A stretch of 64,000 bases of DNA from an uncultured Actinomycetes bacterium (GTDB taxonomy: Bacteria > Actinomycetota > Thermoleophilia > Gaiellales > JAICJC01), in assembly GCA_963718315.1 (NCBI GenBank), contig CAVQZC010000006.1, positions 262,065 to 326,064 on the forward strand, written 5' to 3'. The notes below the pieces were generated by a model that saw nothing but the letters and a program-made list of their open reading frames with translations, had not been told where the DNA came from and did not search any database. How positions within the stretch are numbered: the first letter of the stretch is position 1; the number at the start of each line of letters is the position of its first letter. This document shows positions 9,832 to 18,248 of this stretch, piece after piece. The translations under genes were made by a program, and so were the position numbers.

Positions 9832-10811
9832 CGCAGGTCTCCAATCGGAGTCGCAAGGTTGATTCGCACGCGGTGCCGCTCTGCGGCGAGCCGCAGAGCG
9901 CCGCACCTGATCGGTGCGCCCGTGGCAGGGACCACCAGAGCTGCAAGGCGCGGTCGTGCGCGCACGTAGGCCGCAACGTCAGGCAACGGCGTGATGGCGA
10001 GCGCCGTCGCGTGCGCCTCCGCGTCCGCCGCGTTGTCCGCGACGACCGTCACCGCCAGGGGTCCGGCTTCAGCAGGTACGCCGGTTGCCGGGTCGATCAG
10101 GTGGTGGAGAGTGCGTCCGGGGCCGAAGCGCCGGGTGTCGCGGCCTGACGTCGCGATGCCGCCGGCCGCCAACCGGATCCTTTCCAGCCGCACGCCGGGG
10201 CGAGAGGGGTCGGCGATGTCGATCAGCCATGCTCCGCCCCCGGGTGGGACGCCGCACACCTCGATGTCGCCACCGAGGTCCACCAGAGCACCGGCCAGCG
10301 ACGGCCACGCGCGCCGCATGGCCGCGATCGTCCTGCCGGCCGACCAGCCCTTGCCGATGCCGCCCAGGTCGGCTGCCGCGCCCCGCTCGAGGCGAGCGAG
10401 TCCGGCGTCCCAGTCGAGCTCGATCGCGGCGCCCGGGCGCCAGCCCGCCGGGGCCGTCGCCGCGCGCTCCTCGAGCAGGTGGTATGAGCGGTCGTATCCG
10501 GCGGCCACGAGTGCGGGGAGGATCGTCGGGTCGAAGCGCCCCGCGGTGGCGGCACGCGCCTCGACGGCTGCGCTGAGTGCGCTCATCAGGCGGTGCCCGA
10601 CGGCGACCCACCGGCCGTCGGCCCGGTTCAACAGCGAGAGATCGCTGGCGGGGTCGAAGCGCGATAGCGCAGTCTCGCAGGCCGCAACCTCCAGCCTGGC
10701 AGCGTCCAGCGCGCGCCCGGCCGCACCCTCGTCACCAGGCTCGCATGTCACGGCCAGCGCGCATGCCGTGCCCATGGCCTGGAACGTCCGCTGCTTCAGT
10801 CGCGGGCCCAT
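9828..10811 (-). CDS. apbE: FAD:protein FMN transferase (ApbE family), copy A
   Basis: C-terminal 327 aa of ORF 9828-11396. FQAMGTACALAV, DLGGIGKGWSAGR, ATSGRDTRRFGPGRTLHHLIDPATG. Confidence 0.85.
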   Translation of the reverse strand: MGPRLKQRTFQAMGTACALAVTCEPGDEGAAGRALDAARLEVAACETALSRFDPASDLSLLNRADGRWVAVGHRLMSALSAAVEARAATAGRFDPTILPALVAAGYDRSYHLLEERAATAPAGWRPGAAIELDWDAGLARLERGAAADLGGIGKGWSAGRTIAAMRRAWPSLAGALVDLGGDIEVCGVPPGGGAWLIDIADPSRPGVRLERIRLAAGGIATSGRDTRRFGPGRTLHHLIDPATGVPAEAGPLAVTVVADNAADAEAHATALAITPLPDVAAYVRARPRLAALVVPATGAPIRCGALRLAAERHRVRINLATPIGDLR

Positions 10812-11431
10812 CAGAGAGCCACCGGCGCTGGTCGTTCGGCCCGGGCCGGCTCGTCCACACGCCGCGGGGGCACGGCGGAACGTCGCGGCGCGGCGCGGGG
10901 CATCAGGATCCGAGCGAACGTGAGCCAGAGCACCGGTGCTGCGGCCACGGCGGCAAACGCGAGGCCGCGCATGGCGATCAGGTCGGAGCCGGCGGTGAGG
11001 GCATGCCAAAGGCCGAGGAAGAACGCGGCGAAGCTGGCGTAGTGCAGGCGCCGCCACCACCGCTGGCTGATCCTCCGCCTGACGTGGAAGGAGACGGCGA
11101 GCGCCAGCATGAGCCATCCGCAGACGATCCCCGCGGCGAGTGTGACGGGTCGCCAGGTGGCGATGCCCGGGACGAGTACGGAGCCGAAGCCGAAGTGCAG
11201 CGTCGGGTCGAGCAGGAGCGCCGTCCCATGTAGCGCCACCATCGAGATGCCGGTCCACATCAGCGTCTGGTGCCAGGCCAGCAGAGACTTGCCCCTCTTC
11301 GCCCCCAGAATCCGGGTGCTGAGAGCCAGGCCGGCTGAGACCGAGAGTGTCAAGAGCGCGAAGGCAACGAGGCCCGCGGCCCGGGCGACGATCCACGCGA
11401 CGGGGATCCCGGTGCCGGCGGCGACGATCAT
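10811..11431 (-). CDS. Ferric-reductase-like transmembrane (di-heme b) protein, copy A
   Basis: 206 aa, 6 TM. Histidine pairs in AWHQTL / VALHGTA and RRLHYASF / GLWHALT. Its stop overlaps the ApbE ATG. Confidence 0.75.
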   Translation of the reverse strand: MIVAAGTGIPVAWIVARAAGLVAFALLTLSVSAGLALSTRILGAKRGKSLLAWHQTLMWTGISMVALHGTALLLDPTLHFGFGSVLVPGIATWRPVTLAAGIVCGWLMLALAVSFHVRRRISQRWWRRLHYASFAAFFLGLWHALTAGSDLIAMRGLAFAAVAAAPVLWLTFARILMPRAAPRRSAVPPRRVDEPARAERPAPVAL

Positions 11432-11628
11432 CCGGCTGCCACCGGAGAGGTTCGGGTGGTGGCGTGGGACGCGCTCGGGACGACTAACAGTTGGCCGTTC
11501 TTCCCTTTGACCACCATCGTCGGCGGCGTGCTCTGCGTCGGGGCGGGCTGCTGCCTCGTCCACGCAAGCACAGCCACAACGCCGAACAGGGCCCAGACTG
11601 ACAAGACGGCTGCCCAAACGGCTCGCAC
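11428..11628 (-). CDS. Small single-TM protein
   Basis: 66 aa. GTG start preceded by GGGAGA. Its stop overlaps the ATG of the ferric-reductase-like gene (ATGA). Confidence 0.4.
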   Translation of the reverse strand: MRAVWAAVLSVWALFGVVAVLAWTRQQPAPTQSTPPTMVVKGKNGQLLVVPSASHATTRTSPVAAG

Positions 11629-11629
11629 G

Positions 11630-11836
11630 TCAGTCTCCCGGCTCCACTCGGGGCGGCGTGGCTTGCACCTGGGGAACGACGGGCGCAGGCTGCGCCGTCG
11701 GCACGCGGGTCAGGCCGGCGATGGCGGCTCCGCCCGTGAGCACCGTACCCGCCAGCGCCGCAGCCAGCAGAAACAACTCCCGCCGGGTGGGCCGCACAGG
11801 CAAGTTGGTGGTCTGGACATGCGGGTCGTCAGGCAT
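11630..11836 (-). CDS. Small protein with a Tat-like signal (TRRELFLLAAALAG) and a Pro-rich tail
   Basis: 68-aa ORF, first gene of the tightly packed minus-strand cluster 11836-8031. Confidence 0.35.
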   Translation of the reverse strand: MPDDPHVQTTNLPVRPTRRELFLLAAALAGTVLTGGAAIAGLTRVPTAQPAPVVPQVQATPPRVEPGD

Positions 11837-12346
11837 ACCCGGACGCTAGGCAGAGGCGCAGAGCGGCGCATCGGTGGCGCTACCGATCCTGCTGCGGGTT
11901 TCCCACAGGCGGTAGACCGAGTAGGTGTCGGTGTGGGCTGGCTTCCAAACGGCGCTGGGCAGCCTGAACACCGGGAAAGGCGGGTCGATCACCTGGACAG
12001 CACTGCACTCCCGTGCGACTTCACCAGGAAGGATCACCATGACCAGTCCAATCTCTGGAGCAAGCGGGCCTTCGCACCCGTATCAGACCGGCACGACACC
12101 ACCGCCGGCCAAGCCGGCCGACCCGGATCACGATGGCGACGTCGATGGGGCAGCAGGCGACAAGCCCGCCAATCCGTTGAGCACAGGTCGGGGGATCGAC
12201 ACCCGGGCGTAGCGACCGATCGAACCCACCTGCCTGGGCCGTCTTCGGAGGTCGGCCCAGGCAGGTAGCGGCACTGGTGGCACTCTGAGTCGATCGGGGG
12301 TCTCGACCGGGCGGGATGTCAGACGCCGCTGGCGTTGGCGGGTTCG

Positions 12347-13324
12347 TCAACCGCGAGGGTGGACGTCGAGCGTTCCCAGGAGGTTTGAGCTGACGCCTGT
12401 CAGCTGCCAGTTGGCTGTCACGTTGCGTTGGCCGCTGCCGTCGGAGAGTCGACAATGGCCGCTGAAGGCGGATTGGGCGACGTGGTCGATCTGACCCGTG
12501 CAGTGCAGGCCGCTGGGGATGTATTCCAACTGGAGCGCCGTCTGCTCGCTTCCGGTCTGGCCGAGCAAGAGGTCGGCGCGTACCAGCACGCGCTGGTCAC
12601 CGTTCGCGGTTCCCGCCATCGAGACGATCGCCTTCGTCGGCGCCTGCTGGCTCAGGATCTGTCCTCGGAGACGGTCAGAGAACGAGGCTGGGTTCCACGG
12701 CTTGGGATGGTAGGACAGTGGGCCGAGCGCCAGCCAGAGCGGCAGTGCCGCGCCTATGAGCGCTCCCAGGACGGCTGCGCTTCCCCGCCAGCTGAGCGTG
12801 CGGCCGAAACGCCACCCGCAGAGTCCTGCCACGGAGCCAACCGCGAGCATGTAGATGGCGAGCATCCACGGCGCAGAGCGATCCGTACCGATGCCGATGG
12901 AGTGCACCGTCGCGGCGGTCCAAACCGCGAAGTTGAGGTAGTGAAGTGTTCGCCAGGTCTTGTGTTCGAGGCGTTTGCGGAGCCGGTTGGTGATCGCCAG
13001 TGCGAGCAGCAGTTCGGCGGCACAGATGCCAAGGCCAAGCCAGATAGGCCGATAGTGAGACGCGAGGGGCACGAGCAGCTCGATCGGTTTGAACGGCAGG
13101 TACGAGTCAGCAGCGATCGTCGCGATGTGGATCGCGATGAAGGTTCCGACCATCAACCCGCCGACGCGATGGATCCCTTCCTGAGTGAACTTCGGCCAGC
13201 GTTTGGTCGGTGCTTTGCCCGCCATCGCCAGGCCGAGGCAGACGACCAGGGTGAGCAACACGTAGGCGACGATGCCCGCGGCCCGCGCGGCGTACCAATC
13301 GATCGGGCTGGTGGTTAGGTGCAT
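12347..13324 (-). CDS. Ferric-reductase-like transmembrane protein with a ~130-aa extracytoplasmic C-terminal domain, copy B
   Basis: ORF 12347-13351. His pairs in GIHRVGG / IAIHIATI and RTLHYLNF / TVHSIG. Start is either 13324 or 13351, overlapping the ApbE copy B stop. Confidence 0.75.
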   Translation of the reverse strand: MHLTTSPIDWYAARAAGIVAYVLLTLVVCLGLAMAGKAPTKRWPKFTQEGIHRVGGLMVGTFIAIHIATIAADSYLPFKPIELLVPLASHYRPIWLGLGICAAELLLALAITNRLRKRLEHKTWRTLHYLNFAVWTAATVHSIGIGTDRSAPWMLAIYMLAVGSVAGLCGWRFGRTLSWRGSAAVLGALIGAALPLWLALGPLSYHPKPWNPASFSDRLRGQILSQQAPTKAIVSMAGTANGDQRVLVRADLLLGQTGSEQTALQLEYIPSGLHCTGQIDHVAQSAFSGHCRLSDGSGQRNVTANWQLTGVSSNLLGTLDVHPRG

Positions 13325-14178
13325 GCCACGTCCGGGAGTTGTTCCCGCCACTGGGCGGTGTGCGAGACGTGTCCGTCATGTCCCACGAATCGACCCGGCA
13401 GGCCGCGTGATTCAAGCCAGGCCGGGCCACGCTCCCCGGATAGGAACGCCGCCTTGGCGGCGACGTCCGCCGCCACCGCGTCTGCACCACAGACGCTGAC
13501 ATAGCTCCAACGCGACGTGGATGGCAGGCCGCTCCACGGGTCGATCAGGTGATGATATGCGGCCCCGCCCCGCCGCCAGCGTCGCCGCAGCGGGCTGGAC
13601 GTCGCAAGAGCGCCCCGTTGGAGTCGGACCGCGCCACCAGCCGGAAGTGCCACCTCGAGTGGCTGGCTGGAGGCGATGTCCCCGCCGATGGACACGAACC
13701 CCTCGCCGATCACGGACAGGGCGTGATCGATCGCGAGCGCCTTGACTACGCCGTTCAGGTCGAGCTGGACATCCTCTGGCAGCCACACGATTCGTGCGGC
13801 GGAGTTGAAACGGACGTCGCGGTAGCGACCCGTGTGCCGTGCCTCGGTCACGGGCTCGGCCCTCGCGTCGGGGGCATCCTGTTCGAGAAGCACGAAGTCC
13901 CGGTCATAGCCGGACGTGGTCAGAGAGCGTCCGAGTGTCGGATCCACGAGGCCGCCCGTTTCGGTAGCGGCGTCAAGAGCGATGCCGAGCACATCTGCAA
14001 AGAGGGGCGAGGTGATGGTCGGATAGCCCGCTCGGCGGTTGACGAACGCGAGCTCGCTGTCGTCGCGAAAGCGGCTGAACGTTTCGTCGTAGCGTTCAAA
14101 CAGTTCGACCAGGGCCGCGTCGAGGGGGCGGGAAAGCTTCAGCTCACAGCCAAAGACATGGTCCGCCGTGATCGTCAC
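13315..14178 (-). CDS. apbE: FAD:protein FMN transferase (ApbE family), copy B
   Basis: 287 aa. FSRFRDDSELAFVNR, LDLNGVVKALAIDH, ATSSPLRRRWRRGGAAYHHLIDPWSG. Confidence 0.85.
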   Translation of the reverse strand: MTITADHVFGCELKLSRPLDAALVELFERYDETFSRFRDDSELAFVNRRAGYPTITSPLFADVLGIALDAATETGGLVDPTLGRSLTTSGYDRDFVLLEQDAPDARAEPVTEARHTGRYRDVRFNSAARIVWLPEDVQLDLNGVVKALAIDHALSVIGEGFVSIGGDIASSQPLEVALPAGGAVRLQRGALATSSPLRRRWRRGGAAYHHLIDPWSGLPSTSRWSYVSVCGADAVAADVAAKAAFLSGERGPAWLESRGLPGRFVGHDGHVSHTAQWREQLPDVACT

Positions 14179-14528
14179 GACGCGCCGGCGTTGACTTGCG
14201 GGGGTGCTTCCGGCGGCGCGATCTGGCCGGCAGCCAGGAAGCTCTTCTTCACCGCCGCCTGGAACGTCTTCGGCGCAGCCAGGGGCGCCATCGGTGCACG
14301 CCGGTGGCTCTGCGCGTAACTGTGGGCGAGCGCCGCGCTTGCGATGAAGAGCGCTCCAGCTCCGATCCCGATGCCGATCTCCACGCGCCGTGCCCGGTGC
14401 TTGGCACGAGCGATCCGGCTCTCTCCGGCGGCTTCTGGCTGTGCGGGTCGGCCCGGAGCAGCGGGTGCGACGGGGTTTCGCTTGCGCTGGGGCTGTGGCC
14501 GGGAGTGTCTCCGGTTTCGCCTACCCAC
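14175..14528 (-). CDS. Membrane-anchored small protein ending in ...QVNAGAS
   Basis: 117 aa with an Arg-rich N-terminus and one TM (IGIGIGAGALFIASAAL). Its stop overlaps the ApbE copy B ATG (ATGA). Confidence 0.45.
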   Translation of the reverse strand: MGRRNRRHSRPQPQRKRNPVAPAAPGRPAQPEAAGESRIARAKHRARRVEIGIGIGAGALFIASAALAHSYAQSHRRAPMAPLAAPKTFQAAVKKSFLAAGQIAPPEAPPQVNAGAS

Positions 14529-14631
14529 AGGATGAGGATAATCGGGTTGGAGTCAACCGACCCATTTTGCCTCCGTGCAGATGTGAGAACGGTAAGAGAG
14601 GCCGCAGGCCGCCGGCAACCCGCCGCCGCCG

Positions 14632-15120
14632 GTGGGGAGGTTCAACGGCGGGCAGAAGATGAATGCGCGGCTGGCCCTGGCAGGACTGACCGGGCTGTAT
14701 GTCACCGGCGTCTACCTGCTGACGTTCGGACGATCAGCGTTCGGGCACTTGCACGGACCGTTCGCCTTTCTAACCACTGCGCTGGTCGTCGGCCACATCT
14801 TCATGGCTGTGGTGAACCCCTCCACCAGGCATGCGCTGCGAGGCATGACACTGGGTAGCGTCGACCGCGACTGGGCGGCCCACCATTTCCCTCGCTGGGT
14901 CGAGGAGATGGATAGGCAACAGGAGGCCGACGGCCGGCCCGGTCCCAGATCCAGACGTCTCGAATCGGCCCGACCATGCATCCCGGGTCGCGAGTTCGAG
15001 CGTGGGGCCGCTACGCGACCCGTCGAGCGGTACACGAAGCTCGGTTCCGGGCAGCCAGCGCGTACCGCCGACCCCGTAGCTAGCCTCCGGCCGGATGGAT
15101 CGCAGGGAGCCGAATCGTGA
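14632..15120 (+). pseudogene. Probable 5'-truncated cytochrome b (formate dehydrogenase gamma / Ni-Fe hydrogenase b-type) remnant
   Basis: FNGGQKMNA ... HIFMAVVNPSTRHALRGMTLGSVDRDWAAHHFPRW matches only the C-terminal half of such proteins. An in-frame stop at 14593 leaves no room for the N-terminal half. Confidence 0.4.
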
Positions 15121-17147
15121 CCCCCGGTACCGGCGAGCGCGCCGGCGGCGGGGGCGGCTCCGGCTCGCAGGCGTGGTGGGGGCGCTGGTGGTGGGCGTAG
15201 CGCTCGTCGCGGGACATTCGATGCGGACAAGCGATGCGCAGACTCAGATACCGCTGGACGCCACGAGGCAGGGCGCCGGATCGACAAGCAAGGGCGGCAT
15301 ACAGAGGACCGGTGCCAGGCGAGTGCTTCGCATCACCAGGCTCCGGCACCTATCCGCCGCCGTGCAGGATGCCGCAGTGACCACCGTCGGCGGCCGTGCC
15401 TACGCCTTTGGCGGGCTGGACGCGGCGGGACGCTCAACCGGCACCGTCCTGGTGCTGCAGGGGTCGTCGATGCGCACCGCCGGGCGCCTGCCTGTGGCGA
15501 TCCACGACGCGGCCGCCGCGACGTCGCCGGACGGAACCATGTACGTCATGGGGGGCGGTCAGATCGCCAGCGCCTCGGGCATCGCAACGTTCGAGCCGGC
15601 CAACAACCGCACGCGGCTCATCGGTGCGCTGCCCACGCCGCTCTCGGACCTGGCAGTGGCCACTATCGGCCGGACCACGTATGTAGTGGGTGGCTATACC
15701 GGCACGCAATGGTCCGACCAGATCTACGCCGTGGTGGCCGGCCGGGCACGTGCTGTTGGCCGACTTCCAGCGGGGCTCCGCTACGCCGCTGTGTCGGCCC
15801 TGTCCGGTTCAGTGATCGTCGCCGGTGGTCGGACGACATCAGGCCCCAGCCGGGCGATCTACCGCTTCTCCCCGGCCACCGACAAGGTCACCCAGATCGG
15901 CCGGCTTCCACAGGCTCTGATGCACGCCGGGGCGGGCACACTGGATGGCGTCATGTACGTGATCGGCGGCATCGGTCGGAGCGGTGCAGCGGTCAGCTCG
16001 GTGCTGGCGGTCCACGCTGATGGCACCGTGAGCCACGCCGCCTCCCTGCCCGCGCCGCTGTCGGATGCCGGAGTGGCCAGCCTGCCCGGCCGGATGGTCG
16101 TGATCGGCGGCGCCGACGGCGGCGGACCCACACCCTCCGTGCTGCAGATCAGCATGGGCGCTCCTGTGGTCGGCCCGCCGCCGGTCAGGAAGGCCCGCGC
16201 CGCGACCCCTGCCATGTTCGGCGGACCGCTGCCAGGCGACCTGCTGATCGCCGACCGCGGCAACAACCGGATCCTGCTCGTGAACCCCCGGCACAAGGTG
16301 TTGTGGCAGTTCCCCGGTCGCCCGGGCCAGCACCACCTGTTCTTCGACGACGACACCTTCTTCACTCCGGGCGGCCGCGCGATCATCTCCAACCAGGAAG
16401 AAAACCATCAGATCGTGATCATCGGCTATCCCGGCGGCCGGCTGCTGTGGAGCTACGGGCATGCCGGCGTCAAGGGGTCCAGCCCCGGCTACCTGAACAC
16501 GCCGGACGACGCTTACAAGCTCCGAAACGGCCTCGTCATCGTGGCAGACGCCTACAACTGTCGGGTGCTGGAGCTGCGCGGGCAACACATCGTGCGCTCG
16601 ATCGGTCAGGCCGGGCACTGCGTTCATGACCCGCCGCGCTACCTGGGTGCGGTCAACGGCGATACGCCGCTGCCGAACGGCCACATCCTGGTCTCCGAGA
16701 TCAACGGCTCCTACATAGACGAGTTCACGCTCTCGGGCAAGCTGGTGCGGGTCTACCGCGCGCCGGTCAGCTACCCGTCCGATCCGCAGCTGACTCGCAC
16801 AGGGAACATCCTGCTGGCCGACTACACCAGCCCAGGCGGGCTCGTCATCCTCGATCGACGCACCGGCCATCTACTCTGGCAGTACCGAGTCAGCTGCCGG
16901 CCCGGGCAGGCTCGACCACCCAAGCCTCGCGGCGATGCTGCCTAACGGCATGATCGCGGTCAACGATGACTACAACCATCGGGTGGTCATCATCGATCCA
17001 CGCACCAAGCGGATCGTCTGGCAGTACGGCCACCTCGGCATCGCCGGCCGAGCGTCCGGATACCTCGACACGCCGGACGGATTCGATTTCGTGCCGGTAA
17101 CACGGGCCGGACGACCCGACCCGGCCGCGATCATGCACGGGCCATAA
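15095..17147 (+). pseudogene. Membrane-anchored Kelch-repeat + NHL/ASST-like beta-propeller protein with a frameshift near 16890-16910
   Basis: Kelch blades (GGRAYAFGGLD, GTMYVMGGG, RTTYVVGGYTG, GVMYVIGGIG), then LLIADRGNNRILLV type blades. The last blade continues in ORF 16935-17147 (NDDYNHRVVIIDPRTKRIVWQYGH). Confidence 0.7.
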
Positions 17148-17204
17148 CAACCCTTGGCATTGCCGGAGTGACCAGGGGTGTCGCCACCGGCCCGGGCCGA
17201 CCCT

Positions 17205-17267
17205 GCTTTCGTGACCTCACCGCTGCCCGCGCTCCACAGCACGCGGTCCAGTGGTCACCGCCTCAGC
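17205..17267 (+). promoter_or_regulatory. Conserved ~65-nt element with nested inverted repeats, copy 1
   Basis: Over 90 percent identical by eye to 43371-43435. Structure GTGACC-N-CCGCG-loop-CGCGG-N-GGTCAC. Lies about 50 nt upstream of an SD + Arg-rich ORF start. Confidence 0.4.
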
Positions 17268-17385
17268 GCGCAACGACTGTGCGGCTGCGGTGAACTACCA
17301 CCCCGGTGGGGAGCACACCGATGCGGCGCCGGCGGCCCCGTGCGACGGTTGCTGTGAACGCGATAACCGACCAGAACGGAGACAC

Positions 17386-17460
17386 CATGGCCATAGGTCC
17401 TGTTCAGTCGTTGGCGCTCGGCTTCAGGCACCCGAACTTCCGCGGCGAAGTGATCGGGAA
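17386..17460 (+). pseudogene. N-terminal fragment of a DUF6325-like gene
   Basis: MAIGPVQSLALGFRHPNFRGEVIG matches the first 24 aa of the 57130-57693 protein (MAIGPVQLLVLGFESPDFHGEIIA), after which homology is lost. Confidence 0.5.
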
Positions 17461-17859
17461 GGCAGTCACAAGCCGAGCACGTGCCAGTCCACAACAAGCA
17501 GCCACAAGACGACGGCGCAGAACGACACCAGCAGGAGCGCCGCGATGATCAGAGCCCCGCTCCAGAACGCGACGCGGGCGGCTCGGACGTAGAACGGATG
17601 CGTTGCCACCGTAGCACCCTACAGAGCCGACCGGAGATCGAACGTATGAGACCAGACAGCAGAGCATCGAGAGCCCGCGCCGCGAATGCCGGTACGCCGA
17701 AAGGCGTCTGTGCCGATCGCCGGCGGGACCGGAGGTCCTACCAAACTTCGCGCCCGGCAACCTGACCAGGCACGATGTCGGCGGCGCGCACTCCAGCAGC
17801 CAGAGGGCCAGGGATGCCTGGTTGCCAGCGTCTTGCCGGCAGTGGCGAGCGCGTGAGCG

Positions 17860-18202
17860 CGCTAGTCAGAGATGACGCGGAGGCGATGCTCCTAGCGACC
17901 TGTTGAACCTGGGTCTTGAACGTGGCGTTGGCGGTCTGGAGCTGGGATTCAGGTCGCCCTTTACGGTTGGCGCTGGTTGGAGATGGTCTTGAGGTCGGTC
18001 TGGATCTGCTGGATGGCGGTCTTGGCGGTGTCGACGAGGACGTCGCCAGAGGCAGACCCTTGAGGGTCGTAACCTGCGTCTTGATATCGGAGACAGCGCT
18101 ACACGCCTGGCTTTTGCCTTATCCGATGCTGATCGGCTGCTGCCATTCGAGTTGAGCGAGCAACGCCAACCCGAGCGTTGCGATCAAACCGATCGTTCTC
18201 AT
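17860..18202 (-). pseudogene. Decayed lipoprotein gene (helical-repeat type, paralog of 57933-58397)
   Basis: Signal peptide MRTIGLIATLGLALLAQ, then CSAVSDIKTQVTTLKG / DVLVDTAKTAIQQIQTDLKTI / LQTANATFKTQVQQV in different frames. Confidence 0.4.
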
Positions 18203-18248
18203 GCGATTGTCCTTCGGGTTTCGGGTCGAACTCTGCCTAGGACTTCCA

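Noticed and set aside
8249-11396. N-terminal extensions of track ORFs 8249-9976, 9828-11396, 29772-31313, 38094-39401 and 40197-41558, which would make much longer proteins.
   Set aside because: The extensions are Arg-rich, overlap upstream genes and precede obvious family N-termini. Internal starts give 1-4 nt start/stop overlaps with the neighbouring genes.
12039-12212. 57-aa ORF (MTSPISGASGPSHPYQTGTTPPP...) with a GGAAGGA SD between the two ApbE clusters.
   Set aside because: It is low-complexity and Pro/Gly-rich with no supporting homology within the window. It may be real but cannot be supported from sequence alone.
14632-15120. Intact cytochrome b gene.
   Set aside because: Only the C-terminal half of the family is present, and an in-frame stop at 14593 precludes the N-terminal heme-binding helices. 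It is treated as a remnant with low confidence.
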